Shown: positions 35,754 through 44,897, counted from the first letter of the stretch. The stretch: 64,000 bases of DNA from Gemmatimonadota bacterium (GCA_050732875.1 JBOHRQ010000008.1:1384-65383), one strand, 5' to 3'. Made by a program: numbers and translations. The notes: a model not told the origin generated them from the sequence alone.

Positions 35754-36278
35754 GTGCGACCGCTGACGATGCTTCTCACGCTCCTCGCCGCCTGCGGCGG
35801 GGCGGAGCCGGCCACCACCCGCGTTCCGTCCACGCCGGGGACCGGCGACCCCTGGATCACGATCGAGGGGGTGCTGTTCCCGGACGTCTTCGCCGAGGCC
35901 CCGGACGAGATCGTCGAGGCGTACGTGTTCGCCGCCAAGCACCCCGAGGTCCTGAGCTACATGCCGTGCTACTGCGGCTGCGAGCGCGAGAGTCCGCCCC
36001 ACGACTCCAACTACGACTGCTTCGTCGACGCGATCGACCGGACCGGCCCGCTCCCGCGCGTGAGCCCGGACCCGATGGGGTTCGGCTGAACGATCTGCGT
36101 GGATATCGCCCGGGAGGCGAAGAGGCGGTACGAGGCGGGCATGCCGCTCCCCGAGATCCGGGAGATCGTCGAGGAGAAGTACAGCCAAGGCCGGCCGGGG
36201 ACGCCGACCCCCCACCCGCCGGCCGACGAGGCCGCGCTGAACGGAGCCGGTCCGTCGGACGAGCTTACTGGCGGGTGA
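35754..36278 (+). CDS. PCYCGC-motif family lipoprotein with in-frame TGA at 36087-36089 (candidate selenoprotein, or a nonsense-mutated gene)
   Basis: Lipobox 'LLAACGG'. 'YMPCYCGCERE...NYDCF' then an in-frame TGA then 'TICVDIAREAKRRYEAGMPLPEIREIVEEKY'. This continues in the same frame with coding-like composition for 62 more codons. The TGA sits where this six-Cys family has its CxxC. Confidence 0.5.
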
Positions 36279-36870
36279 AGATCAGCTCGACGTCGTCGAC
36301 GTAATAGGTGCGGGCCGTTTCGAAGGTGCCCCACACGCCGAGAGCGACCCAGATGGAGCCTTCCGGGTCGGCGGTCACGGCACCCAGTTCGTAGCGCCGG
36401 GCGGTCCAGACGTGCCCCACATCCTCGTCGGCGCCGTTCCCCGTATCGTCGTCCTGGAACGTCAGGTCGTCGGCCGTCTCCGGGTCGACCGCCGTGGCGC
36501 CGGCGATGATTCGCCACAGGTTGACGTTTCCGAAGTCTGCGCTGGCGAAGTCGAACGACACCTCGATCCCATAGGTGATACCGGGAGCCAGCTGGAACTC
36601 CCGCTCCATCCAGATCTTCCCGGCGTCGTTCAGGTTGTCGAGCGACAGCCGCACCGACCATTCCCCGCGCTCGGCCAGCTCGTTCGAGCGTTCGACCGAC
36701 CAGGTGACCGGAGGATCGTCGACGTCGGTCGCGTCCGCCATCCACTCACCAATGTTGTTCTCGAAGGTGAACTCGAACGTCCGGCGAACGAACGGCTCGC
36801 TGGTCGAGACGTCGCAGGCGGCGGCCAGCACACCGACCGCTACCGCGATCGGCACCTGGTGGAGCCTCAC
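36265..36870 (-). CDS. lipoprotein/secreted hypothetical protein
   Basis: The GTG at 36870 overlaps the upstream stop (GTGA). 'MRLHQVPIAVAVGVLAAACD'. The mature part is Asp/Glu/Trp-rich. Confidence 0.5.
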   Translation of the reverse strand: MRLHQVPIAVAVGVLAAACDVSTSEPFVRRTFEFTFENNIGEWMADATDVDDPPVTWSVERSNELAERGEWSVRLSLDNLNDAGKIWMEREFQLAPGITYGIEVSFDFASADFGNVNLWRIIAGATAVDPETADDLTFQDDDTGNGADEDVGHVWTARRYELGAVTADPEGSIWVALGVWGTFETARTYYVDDVELIFTRQ

Positions 36871-37067
36871 CGGGTGTGGGGGAGGGGGATCAGAAGGAGA
36901 CCCAGCCCGCCGCCGAGGGGCAATGCGCCGATCACGGCCAGCCACAGGTCGTGCAGATAGAAGGCGGGAATCGTGATCAGAAGCCCCAGCACCAGGGAGG
37001 CGAGGGCGAGCTTTCCCCGCACGGGAATGAAGCGGGCGAGTGCCGCGCTGATCCGGTCGGAAGCCAT
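36867..37067 (-). CDS. small membrane protein (66 aa)
   Basis: 'MASDRISAALARFIPVRGKLALASLVLGLLITIPAFYLHDLWLAVIGALPLGGGLGLLLIPLP' has two hydrophobic helices. It is coupled to the downstream lipoprotein. Confidence 0.4.
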   Translation of the reverse strand: MASDRISAALARFIPVRGKLALASLVLGLLITIPAFYLHDLWLAVIGALPLGGGLGLLLIPLPHTR

Positions 37068-37135
37068 GGCGGAGGCCACGCTAGCCTCGTCTTCGGGCCT
37101 TGGCAACCGGCGCCGGCCGGGAGTAAGCTCCGGCC

Positions 37136-37687
37136 ATGCTCGTGGCCGGTATCGCCGTGCTCCTGTCGTTCGGGATGTTCCTCGGCGTGCTGGCCGTTCT
37201 GGTCCTGGTACGCCGGGGCGATGCGCCCCGGTATCGGGCAAGTCCCGAGTACGACGCCTGCCGGCGCGAGGCGGTCCGGTTGATGGCGGGAACTGAGGCG
37301 GAGACCGGGATTCGGCCCTGGTACCGAAAGGGTCGCCGGAACCCGAATCCCGACGACCCTCTGCGGGAGCCGTTCCGTTCGGCGGCGGCCGAGGCCCTGC
37401 GCATCGCCATCCCGACAGAGCGACAGGTCCGGATCGAGCCCGATGGGACGGCCCTGCTCTCCGGCGGCGTCCGCATTCTTCCGGAGGTGTCCACCGCCGA
37501 CCTCCGGCAGAGAGCCCGCGACGGCTCCGGACTCGAAATCGGTCTGGTGCTCGTCAACCCCGAGCCGCCGGGAAACTACCCCCGGCGGGTCTCCCTGCCC
37601 GTCCAGATCCTGTTCCCGGCTCTCGAGCGGGCGGGCCGCTCCGACCTGGTGGAACGGTTCCGGGGCCTGGCGGAGCGGATCCGGTGA
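37136..37687 (+). CDS. membrane-anchored hypothetical protein
   Basis: N-terminal TM 'MLVAGIAVLLSFGMFLGVLAVLVLV'. 183 aa. Confidence 0.5.
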   Translation: MLVAGIAVLLSFGMFLGVLAVLVLVRRGDAPRYRASPEYDACRREAVRLMAGTEAETGIRPWYRKGRRNPNPDDPLREPFRSAAAEALRIAIPTERQVRIEPDGTALLSGGVRILPEVSTADLRQRARDGSGLEIGLVLVNPEPPGNYPRRVSLPVQILFPALERAGRSDLVERFRGLAERIR

Positions 37688-38442
37688 CCCGGTCGCGAGT
37701 CCGGGCCGCGAAGAACCGCGAGTACTGGGACGACGCCGCCGACGACTACCAGGCCACGCATCGCCGCCGGCTCTCGATCGGCCGGCCGGCCTGGGGGGTG
37801 TGGCGGATTCCGGAGAGCCGCCTTCTGGCGCTCGGAGAAGTGAGGGGCAGGTCCGTCCTCGAGCTGGGGTGCGGGGCGGCTCAATGGTCGATCGCCCTGG
37901 CGCGCCTGGGGGCCCATCCGGTCGGGTTGGACAACTCCGGACGGCAGCTCGACCATGCCCGCCGGCTCATGGTCCGGGCGGGCATTGGGTTCCCGCTCGT
38001 GCAGGCCAGCGCCGAGGAGGTGCCGCTCACCGGCGAAAGCTTCGACATCGTCTTCTGCGACCACGGGGCGATGTCGTTCGCGGATCCGCGGCGCGCGGTC
38101 CCCGAGTGCTCGCGGCTTCTTCGCCCGGGCGGGCTGCTGGCGTTCACCCACGAAAGCCCCCTCTCCTACTTGTGCTCCAGCGCGGGACGACCTCACGTCA
38201 CGCGGCTCCAGCGCGACTATTTCGGGATGCGGCGCTGGGAGACGGAGGAGCACGTCGAGTATCACCTGGGGTATGGGGATTGGATTCGCCTCTTCCGGAA
38301 GCATGGCCTCATCGTCGAGGATCTGATCGAGCTGCGACCCGGGCCAGGCGCGACGACGTCGTACGACGGCTGGAGCCGCGAATGGTCGCGGCGGTGGCCG
38401 GCCGAGAACCTGTGGAAGGTACGCAAGGAGGATCGACCATGA
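37684..38442 (+). CDS. class I SAM-dependent methyltransferase
   Basis: GTGA overlap with the upstream gene. 'VLELGCGAAQW', 'GLDNSGRQL', 'FDIVFCDHGAMSFADP'. Confidence 0.75.
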   Translation: MTRSRVRAAKNREYWDDAADDYQATHRRRLSIGRPAWGVWRIPESRLLALGEVRGRSVLELGCGAAQWSIALARLGAHPVGLDNSGRQLDHARRLMVRAGIGFPLVQASAEEVPLTGESFDIVFCDHGAMSFADPRRAVPECSRLLRPGGLLAFTHESPLSYLCSSAGRPHVTRLQRDYFGMRRWETEEHVEYHLGYGDWIRLFRKHGLIVEDLIELRPGPGATTSYDGWSREWSRRWPAENLWKVRKEDRP

Positions 38443-39506
38443 GGAAATCCACTGAGACCGCTCTGTTGATGCTGGTGATGGGGTCTCTGGCGGCCTGCGG
38501 CGGCGAGGGATCGGCCTCCGGCCAGGCGGAGGCGCTGCCCGACTCGGCCGCGCGGGACGCGGACGCAATCACCGTCGCGACGGAAGTCGAGATCCGCGAG
38601 TGGGAGGTCCCCTGGGCGTCTACCCGACCCCGCGATCCGTACGTGGGCCCCGAAGGACAGGTGTGGTTCGTCGGCCAGACCGGCGACTACATCGGGGTGC
38701 TCGATCCGTCGACGGGCGAGTTCCGGCGCTTCGAGCTCTATCCCGGCGCCGGCCCGCACAACCTGATCGTCGGCGAGGACGGGAGCGTCTGGTACGCCGG
38801 GAACCGGGCCGCGCACATCGGACGGCTGGATCCAGAGAGCGGTGAGATCATCAAGTTTCCGATGCCCGATCCGGCGGCGGAGGACCCGCATACGCTGGTG
38901 TTCGACGATCAGGGAGACATCTGGTTCACCGTTCAGGGTGGCAACCGCGTCGGGCGGCTCGACCGGGAGACGGGCGAGGTCCGTCTCATCGAGGTCCCGA
39001 CCCCGAACGCGCGTCCCTACGGGATCGTGGTGGACGGCGAGGGACGGCCCTGGTTCACTGAGTTCGGGACCAACAAGATCGGCCGGATAGTCCCCGCCAC
39101 CATGCAGATCGAGGAGATCGTGCTCCCGCGCGGCGACACCCGGCCACGCCGTCTCGAGATCGACGCCGCCGGGCGCGTCTGGTACGTGGACTTCGCAAAA
39201 GGGTTTCTCGGCAGGATCGAGCCATCGGGCGAGATCCGCGAGTGGCCGGCGCCGGGCGGCGAAGCCGCGCGCCCCTATGGGATGGCGATGGACGACGAGG
39301 GGCGGCCCTGGTTCGTCGAGACGGGTCCCGATCCCAACCGGCTGGTCGGCTTCGATCCGGCCACCGAAGAGTTCTTCGCGATGGCGGAGATTCCGAGCGG
39401 CGGCGGCACCGTGCGCCACATGTTCTATCATGCGCCCGACAACGCGATCTGGTTCGGAACGGACGCGGGGACGATCGGCCGCGCGGTGATTCCCGAAGGG
39501 AGCTAG
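38439..39506 (+). CDS. Vgb-family (streptogramin B lyase-like) beta-propeller lipoprotein
   Basis: ATGA overlap. Lipobox 'LAACGG'. Repeated 'GP.G..W(F/Y)....G..IGR.DP.TGE' units. Confidence 0.75.
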   Translation: MRKSTETALLMLVMGSLAACGGEGSASGQAEALPDSAARDADAITVATEVEIREWEVPWASTRPRDPYVGPEGQVWFVGQTGDYIGVLDPSTGEFRRFELYPGAGPHNLIVGEDGSVWYAGNRAAHIGRLDPESGEIIKFPMPDPAAEDPHTLVFDDQGDIWFTVQGGNRVGRLDRETGEVRLIEVPTPNARPYGIVVDGEGRPWFTEFGTNKIGRIVPATMQIEEIVLPRGDTRPRRLEIDAAGRVWYVDFAKGFLGRIEPSGEIREWPAPGGEAARPYGMAMDDEGRPWFVETGPDPNRLVGFDPATEEFFAMAEIPSGGGTVRHMFYHAPDNAIWFGTDAGTIGRAVIPEGS

Positions 39507-39507
39507 G

Positions 39508-41103
39508 TCACTCGCCCAGAAACTGCTCGGCGAAAGTCTCCGCCCCGACCGGCTCCCCGGTGGCGTCCTTCGCTAGCGCGTCATAGTGGAGCCGGGCGCC
39601 GGGGCGGAAGATGCGCTCCAGGAGCCACGGTCCGATGGCGCGCTGGCCGGCGTAGCTGGCCCCCCCATCGAGGACGTCCTTGCGCAGCCGCCCGTCGATC
39701 TGGGAAGCCAGACACTCCCCGAGCAGGTAGTTGTGGTAGTAGACCGGGGCGACGACGACGTGGATCTTGGCCGCGAAGTCGGCCGCTCCCGGCGGCCGCT
39801 CGGGCCGCGGCACCTCCTGAAAGCGCTCGACGAAGTCCCACCACAGCGTCTGGAGGTCCTGGTCCGGATCGGCGTAGAGGTTGCGCTCGAAGTGGGCCAT
39901 CACCAGGATCCATCGAGTCACGACCCGCATGGTGGCCTTGATCTCGGCGCGCGTCGCGGCCGCCAGCCGCTCCGCCGAGGTCGTGTCCACGACCCCCATG
40001 TCGCGCATCCAGGCCGCGTCTCGCGAGAGCCGGCCAAAGAGCATCGCGATCGCCTCGGTGACGAGGATGTGCGAGGGCCGTCGCAGGTCCCAGGGCAGCG
40101 AGCTCTCGATGCCCAGGTCGTAGACCGCGTGCCCGAGCTCGTGAAGCGTGGTCCCCATCCAGCGCTCGTTCGCCCGCAGGTTCAGCAGGATCCGGACATC
40201 CCCCTGCCGGTCGATGTCGGTGGCGAACGCGTGAGGATCCTTCCCCTCCGTCTCGTGGAGGCTTGACCGCGCCAGCACCTCGGAGACTGGGAGGCCGATG
40301 TCCTCGTAGAAGCGCTCGGCCACGGCCGTCAGGTCCACGCCCGCGTAGACGTGGTCCAGATCGGCGCCGAAAACGTCCGGCACCTCCTGGAAGAACTGGT
40401 CACTGTAGTGCCAGGGCTCCAGCCGATCGGCCGAGCGGCCGAAGCGCTCGGCGAGTGCGGCGTCGACCCGGTTCTTGGTCTCGAGATACGGCTCGCGGGA
40501 GAGGTCGTCCAGAGTCCCGAGGAGACGGTACAGGCTCTCCGGGTCCTGCTCCTGGAGCGACAGGCGCATGGCATAGAAATCGGGGAAGCCAACCTGTCGA
40601 GCGGCCCGGTTCCGGAGCCCGACCAGCTCCCGTAGATCATCGACCACGACCGGCCCGACCGACTTGAGCGCCTCCCAGGCCTCGCGGCGCAGCTCCTCGT
40701 CGGGCTCCCCCTTGAGCACCCGGTCCAGGTCGTTGGCCGAGACTCGGCGGCCCTGGAACAGGGGCCGGAAGGTGGCGAAGGCGCGCTCGCTCTCGGCGGC
40801 CAGCCGATTGATCCGTCGGCTCAGCGCGTCATCGACCTGCCGCGGGAGGGCCTCCAGATAGAGGAGCTCGATCCGCCGTGCCAGGAGGGGATCGTCCACA
40901 CCCGCCTGGCGCGCCGCCGCCAAGCCATCGAAGAGGCCGGGCCGGGCATACAGCCGGTCGATCCGGTTCCGACATCGCTCGACCTGCCGGTAGGCGTCCA
41001 CGGCTCCGGTCACCGCCGCCTCCCACCAGGCCAGGTTGGCGGCTGTCTCCAGGGGCTGGAGACCCGCCACGATGGAGTCCACGAGTTCTCGAGGTCCGCG
41101 CAT
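39508..41103 (-). CDS. M32-like zinc carboxypeptidase (HExGHAxY)
   Basis: 'TTLHELGHAVYD' matches the HEXXH signature of carboxypeptidase Taq (M32). 531 aa. Confidence 0.65.
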   Translation of the reverse strand: MRGPRELVDSIVAGLQPLETAANLAWWEAAVTGAVDAYRQVERCRNRIDRLYARPGLFDGLAAARQAGVDDPLLARRIELLYLEALPRQVDDALSRRINRLAAESERAFATFRPLFQGRRVSANDLDRVLKGEPDEELRREAWEALKSVGPVVVDDLRELVGLRNRAARQVGFPDFYAMRLSLQEQDPESLYRLLGTLDDLSREPYLETKNRVDAALAERFGRSADRLEPWHYSDQFFQEVPDVFGADLDHVYAGVDLTAVAERFYEDIGLPVSEVLARSSLHETEGKDPHAFATDIDRQGDVRILLNLRANERWMGTTLHELGHAVYDLGIESSLPWDLRRPSHILVTEAIAMLFGRLSRDAAWMRDMGVVDTTSAERLAAATRAEIKATMRVVTRWILVMAHFERNLYADPDQDLQTLWWDFVERFQEVPRPERPPGAADFAAKIHVVVAPVYYHNYLLGECLASQIDGRLRKDVLDGGASYAGQRAIGPWLLERIFRPGARLHYDALAKDATGEPVGAETFAEQFLGE

Positions 41104-41200
41104 GCGCCGTCAATCTAGATCCGGCTTCCGGAGACCGGGTAGACCGAGGCCACGCACACACGCGAAGATGTTAGGTTGTCGTCTCGAAGGAGGTCTCCGC

Positions 41201-41461
41201 ATGGAGAAGGAGTTCGTGAATTTCCGCGTCGGGATGGCCCACAGGCTGCGTCAGGCCCGAGGGGATCTCACCCAGGCTCAGCTAGCCCAGTTGACAGGGT
41301 ACACCCAGCAGATGATCAGTCGCTACGAGAGCGGGCGCATTCCGCGCTCGTTCTGGTTCCTGGCCAACCTTTCGTCGGCCACCGGCCTGGATATCGATCA
41401 CGTTCTCACCGGTCGCCGCCGCAGGAAGCCGGGATCGACCCGGCTCAAGCGCCCGGCTTGA
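41201..41461 (+). CDS. XRE-family helix-turn-helix transcriptional regulator
   Basis: GAAGGAGG then 7 nt then ATG. The helix-turn-helix 'LTQAQLAQLTGYTQQMISRYESG'. Confidence 0.75.
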   Translation: MEKEFVNFRVGMAHRLRQARGDLTQAQLAQLTGYTQQMISRYESGRIPRSFWFLANLSSATGLDIDHVLTGRRRRKPGSTRLKRPA

Positions 41462-41499
41462 CCACCGGGCGGGAGGGTGAGCGCGGTCCACCCCGCTTC

Positions 41500-41625
41500 G
41501 TGAACTGCGGGACGCTGCTCGCCTTGTTCGGCCTCGGCATCTTCGTGCTGCTGGGGTACGTCCTGCTCCAGATCCTCTGCCACGGTCCGGGGGGCGCCGT
41601 CCCGACCCCGAGCTTTCCCGCGTGA
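41500..41625 (+). CDS. possible hydrophobic micropeptide (41 aa)
   Basis: GTG 41500, 'MNCGTLLALFGLGIFVLLGYVLLQILCHG'. Its stop overlaps the GTG of the next gene (GTGA). Confidence 0.25.
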   Translation: MNCGTLLALFGLGIFVLLGYVLLQILCHGPGGAVPTPSFPA

Positions 41626-42836
41626 GCCAGCCCGTCGGGGTCGACTCGGCGTGGATCACCGATCCGACGGGTGTCTTCGTCTACCTGGCGAGCCTCCTGG
41701 GGGCGGCGTACTGGCTCTCCGGGCTGGCGCCGCTGCGCAGGATCTTCGACGTCGCCCCGGCGATCCTCTGGGCGTACTTCCTGCCGATGGTCTCCACCAC
41801 GGTCGGGATCATCCCGAACGACTCGGTCGCCTACGACTGGATCGTCCGCTACCTGCTCCTCGTCGCCCTCGTCCTGCTCATGGTGACGGTGGATGTGCCC
41901 GCGGTCCTGCGCCTCGGGCGGCCGGCCATGATCATGATGCTGACCGGGACCGTGGGGATCATCCTCGGCGGTCCGCTGGCGCTGGCCGTGTTCGGCCGCT
42001 GGCTCCCGCCCGACGCCTGGCAGGGAATGGCGGCCCTGTCGGGCTCGTGGATCGGCGGATCCGCGCAGCTCGTCGCCGTCGCCGAGTCGGTCGGCACCTC
42101 CGACGCCATGCTGGGCCCGATCATCGTCGTCGACACGGTCGTGGGGTACGGCTGGATGGGCGTCCTCCTCTTCCTGTCCGCCTATCAGGCCCGTTTCGAC
42201 CGCTGGAACCGCGCCGACACGCAGCTGATCGAGGAGACCAACGCCGCCCTGGCGGCCAAGTACGAGACGATCCGCCAACCGATCACGGTCCGCGACCTGG
42301 CGATGATCCTGGCGGTCGGTTTTCTCGGCGCTTACCTGTGCCGGGTGATCGGCGACGCGCTTCCGGAGCTCGGCGACCCCCAGATCATCAGCCATACGAC
42401 CTGGGCGGTCGTTCTCGTGACGACGGTCGGCGTGGGGCTCTCCTTCACGCCGCTCCAACGACTCGAGGGTCCCGGGGCTTCCCGTGTGGGGACGGTCGCG
42501 CTCTACCTGCTGGTCACCGCGATCGGCGCCCAGGGGGACCTGAAGGCGATCGCCGAGGCGCCGGTCTTCCTGGCAGCGGGAGCGCTCTGGATCGCCTTCC
42601 ATGCGTTGCTGCTCGTGCTCGTGGCGCGGTGGATCCGGGCGCCGCTCTTCTTCCTCGCGACGGGCTCGATGGCCAACGTCGGCGGAGCCGCGAGCGCGCC
42701 GGTCGTGGCCGGCGTCTACCATCCCGCGATGGCGCCGGTCGGCGTGCTGATGGCCGTCGTCGGCTACATCATCGGGATCTACGGCGGGCTGACGTGCGCG
42801 TGGCTGCTGAGCCTGGTGGCGGCCTACGTGAGCTGA
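41622..42836 (+). CDS. DUF819-family integral membrane protein
   Basis: About 10 TM helices. 'GSMANVGGAASAPVVAGVYHPAMAPVGVLMAVVGYIIG' is typical of DUF819. Confidence 0.7.
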   Translation: MSQPVGVDSAWITDPTGVFVYLASLLGAAYWLSGLAPLRRIFDVAPAILWAYFLPMVSTTVGIIPNDSVAYDWIVRYLLLVALVLLMVTVDVPAVLRLGRPAMIMMLTGTVGIILGGPLALAVFGRWLPPDAWQGMAALSGSWIGGSAQLVAVAESVGTSDAMLGPIIVVDTVVGYGWMGVLLFLSAYQARFDRWNRADTQLIEETNAALAAKYETIRQPITVRDLAMILAVGFLGAYLCRVIGDALPELGDPQIISHTTWAVVLVTTVGVGLSFTPLQRLEGPGASRVGTVALYLLVTAIGAQGDLKAIAEAPVFLAAGALWIAFHALLLVLVARWIRAPLFFLATGSMANVGGAASAPVVAGVYHPAMAPVGVLMAVVGYIIGIYGGLTCAWLLSLVAAYVS

Positions 42837-42919
42837 CCCAGGCTCGATCTCGATCCCCCGATTCGCTGGCCATCAGCGCGCAGCGCCTGGGCCGGGGAGC
42901 GGGGGTTTCCTCGAGGCTC

Positions 42920-43423
42920 CTACCGGCAGATCGCCTCGAAGTCGAACACGTCCACGATCACGTCGCCATTGGCGTTGACCGTGACCTTTTCCTTCACACG
43001 GATGTCCAGATTCGGCGTAGTGCCCTGGCCGATCAGGCGCGTGTGATCGTTCAGGATGAACGTGAACGCTCCCTCGGGTGCGACGTTCGTGATGTCGAGG
43101 AGCCGGTCGTTCCACTGGTAGGTCGAGCCGGTCGACTGGCCGACGCCGGTCCCCTTGGCGTTGATGTGGAACCGGAACAGGACCTTCCCGTTCGGCCCAA
43201 AGAGAAATTTGGAGTTGTCGTGGAAGGTGCCGCTCAGGTCGACATCCTCGGTACAGCCGGGGAAGGTGAAGTCGAAGGGTTGGAAGGACGGGTTGGGGAC
43301 AGCGGCGAGACGGGGCTCGTCGAACGCCAATTGATCCACGGACGAGGGGGATCCGTCGCAGCCGAGCACCACGGCGAGCGCGGCCAGGGCCACAGCTGAG
43401 GGCCGTACGGGCGACATGTGCAC
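42920..43423 (-). CDS. lipoprotein, function unknown
   Basis: GGAGG then 3 nt then ATG 43423. Lipobox 'VVLGCDG'. Confidence 0.55.
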   Translation of the reverse strand: MHMSPVRPSAVALAALAVVLGCDGSPSSVDQLAFDEPRLAAVPNPSFQPFDFTFPGCTEDVDLSGTFHDNSKFLFGPNGKVLFRFHINAKGTGVGQSTGSTYQWNDRLLDITNVAPEGAFTFILNDHTRLIGQGTTPNLDIRVKEKVTVNANGDVIVDVFDFEAICR

Positions 43424-43453
43424 CTCCGGATAGGGACGGGGTTGACCTTCCCG

Positions 43454-43462
43454 ATTATATCA
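43454..43462 (-). promoter_or_regulatory. extended -10 promoter element (TGATATAAT) for the lipoprotein gene
   Basis: A perfect TATAAT with a TG at -15/-14 on the minus strand, 30 nt upstream of the ATG. Confidence 0.4.
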
Positions 43463-43530
43463 CACGCGCCCCCGGGCGTGTTCGGGGATTGGGGAAGGAG
43501 TTCCCGGCGCGACGGGCTCGGATGGTTCCT

Positions 43531-43899
43531 TCAGGCGCCCGCGGGCGCCCGTCCGCCGACCACCTCCCCGATCAGCCCGCCGACGGCCCCTGTGAACGCG
43601 GAGCTCAAGGTTCCCAGGAAGATGATCCATGCCGTGATGTCGCCCAGCATGTACGAGACGACGATGCCGATCAGCGCGCACACCCCGCCCACGATCGCGC
43701 CGCCGATCACGGAGTCCCGTCTTGGGGCCCGCGCCCAGCGGGCGTAGAGGAAGCCCGCGATCAGCGAGATCGCCATCCCGAGGGGAGCGAAGAGCGAGGC
43801 CACCGCGACGGTGTAGTGCCCGATCACGACCATCGCGACCTGGAGCAGGATTCCCAGCAGGAGCGCCAGGATCATCGCGTTGCGGGACGAGCTGGCCAT
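43531..43899 (-). CDS. small membrane protein (122 aa)
   Basis: GGAGG upstream. Three or four hydrophobic helices. Downstream of tetR in the same orientation. Confidence 0.5.
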   Translation of the reverse strand: MASSSRNAMILALLLGILLQVAMVVIGHYTVAVASLFAPLGMAISLIAGFLYARWARAPRRDSVIGGAIVGGVCALIGIVVSYMLGDITAWIIFLGTLSSAFTGAVGGLIGEVVGGRAPAGA

Positions 43900-43924
43900 C
43901 TGACCTCCGGGTCGGGGTTACGGT

Positions 43925-44545
43925 TCAGTGCCCCGGGCGCGTGGCGGTCGCCACGATCCCGGTGTCGGCTTCGAGGCGGTCGAAGTAGTCGCGAATAAGG
44001 GCCACGCCCGCGTCGAACGGCGCCAAGTCGCGGTGCGTGCGGGCCTGCATGACCCCACCCTCCATCGTCGTCAGGACGAGCTGCGCCAGCGCGTGACGGT
44101 CCAACTCGGCGGGGAGCCGGTCGCCCGCCTCCTCGAGGCAGCGCTCCACCGCCGCTACCCAGCCGGCGAAGTTGGATGCGAGCCGCTCCCGGACCGGCGG
44201 ATCCGGCTCGTGGAGCTCGAGCGCCAGGCTGCCGATCGGGCAGCCGTAGAAGCACTCGGTCATCTCGAGCAGCTCGCGGTACTTCGCGAGCAGGGCGAAC
44301 ACGCGGTCGATCGGATCGTCCACGCCTTCCCAGGCAGGCTCGAGGAGCATCGGCCCGATTGCCTGTTGATAGCGGTCGAGGACCGCCATCAGCAGGTCCT
44401 GCTTGGTGGGGAAGAAGTGGTACAGGCTCCCGCTGTTGGCGTCGGCCGCCGCCAGGATGTCGGCCACGCTGGTCGACTGGTAGCCCTTCTCCCAGAACAG
44501 GCGCATGGCGGAGTCGATCAGGCGTTCGCGGGTCTCGGCGGGCAT
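43925..44545 (-). CDS. TetR/AcrR-family transcriptional regulator
   Basis: The helix-turn-helix 'RERLIDSAMRLFWEKGYQSTSVADILAAADANSGSLYHFFPTKQDLLMAVL'. Confidence 0.8.
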   Translation of the reverse strand: MPAETRERLIDSAMRLFWEKGYQSTSVADILAAADANSGSLYHFFPTKQDLLMAVLDRYQQAIGPMLLEPAWEGVDDPIDRVFALLAKYRELLEMTECFYGCPIGSLALELHEPDPPVRERLASNFAGWVAAVERCLEEAGDRLPAELDRHALAQLVLTTMEGGVMQARTHRDLAPFDAGVALIRDYFDRLEADTGIVATATRPGH

Positions 44546-44619
44546 CGGCCACAGGGCCTCCAGTTGAATGAGCGATCAAGAATAGCGGAGGCGGTTACAC
44601 GAACGCAAGACGGGAGCTC

Positions 44620-44649
44620 TTGACACAGCGTACGGATTAGCGTACGCTC
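44620..44649 (+). promoter_or_regulatory. yefM-yoeB promoter with paired palindromic operator
   Basis: TTGACA (44620-25), then two GCGTACG(C) palindromes with GTAC cores 12 bp centre-to-centre (44628-34, 44640-47), as in the E. coli yefM operator. They lie immediately before the ATG. Confidence 0.5.
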
Positions 44650-44654
44650 TACAC

Positions 44655-44897
44655 ATGAAGACGATTTCGGCCACCGAGGCCCGACGCCTCCTCTACCGTC
44701 TCCTCGACGAGGTGACGGTCACGAGCGAGCCGGTCCAGATCACCGGGAAGCGCGGCAGCGCTGTGCTCCTCTCGGACGCGGACTATCGCTCTATCCAGGA
44801 GACTCTCTACCTGCTCTCCATCCCCGGCATGCGCGAGTCGATCCGGGAAGGTATGGCGGAGCGCATCGAAGACTGCCTCGAGGAGCTCGACTGGTGA
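44655..44897 (+). CDS. yefM: Phd/YefM-family antitoxin
   Basis: 'MKTISATEARRLLYRLLDEV...PVQITGKRGSAVLLSDADYRSIQETLYLLSIPGMRESI'. Confidence 0.85.
   Translation: MKTISATEARRLLYRLLDEVTVTSEPVQITGKRGSAVLLSDADYRSIQETLYLLSIPGMRESIREGMAERIEDCLEELDW

Noticed and set aside
36090-36160. SECIS stem-loop downstream of the in-frame TGA
   Set aside because: Only short 5-bp stems (TCGCC/GGCGA and GCCCG/CGGGC) were found by eye. They are not convincing without a folding calculation, so no SECIS feature was called.
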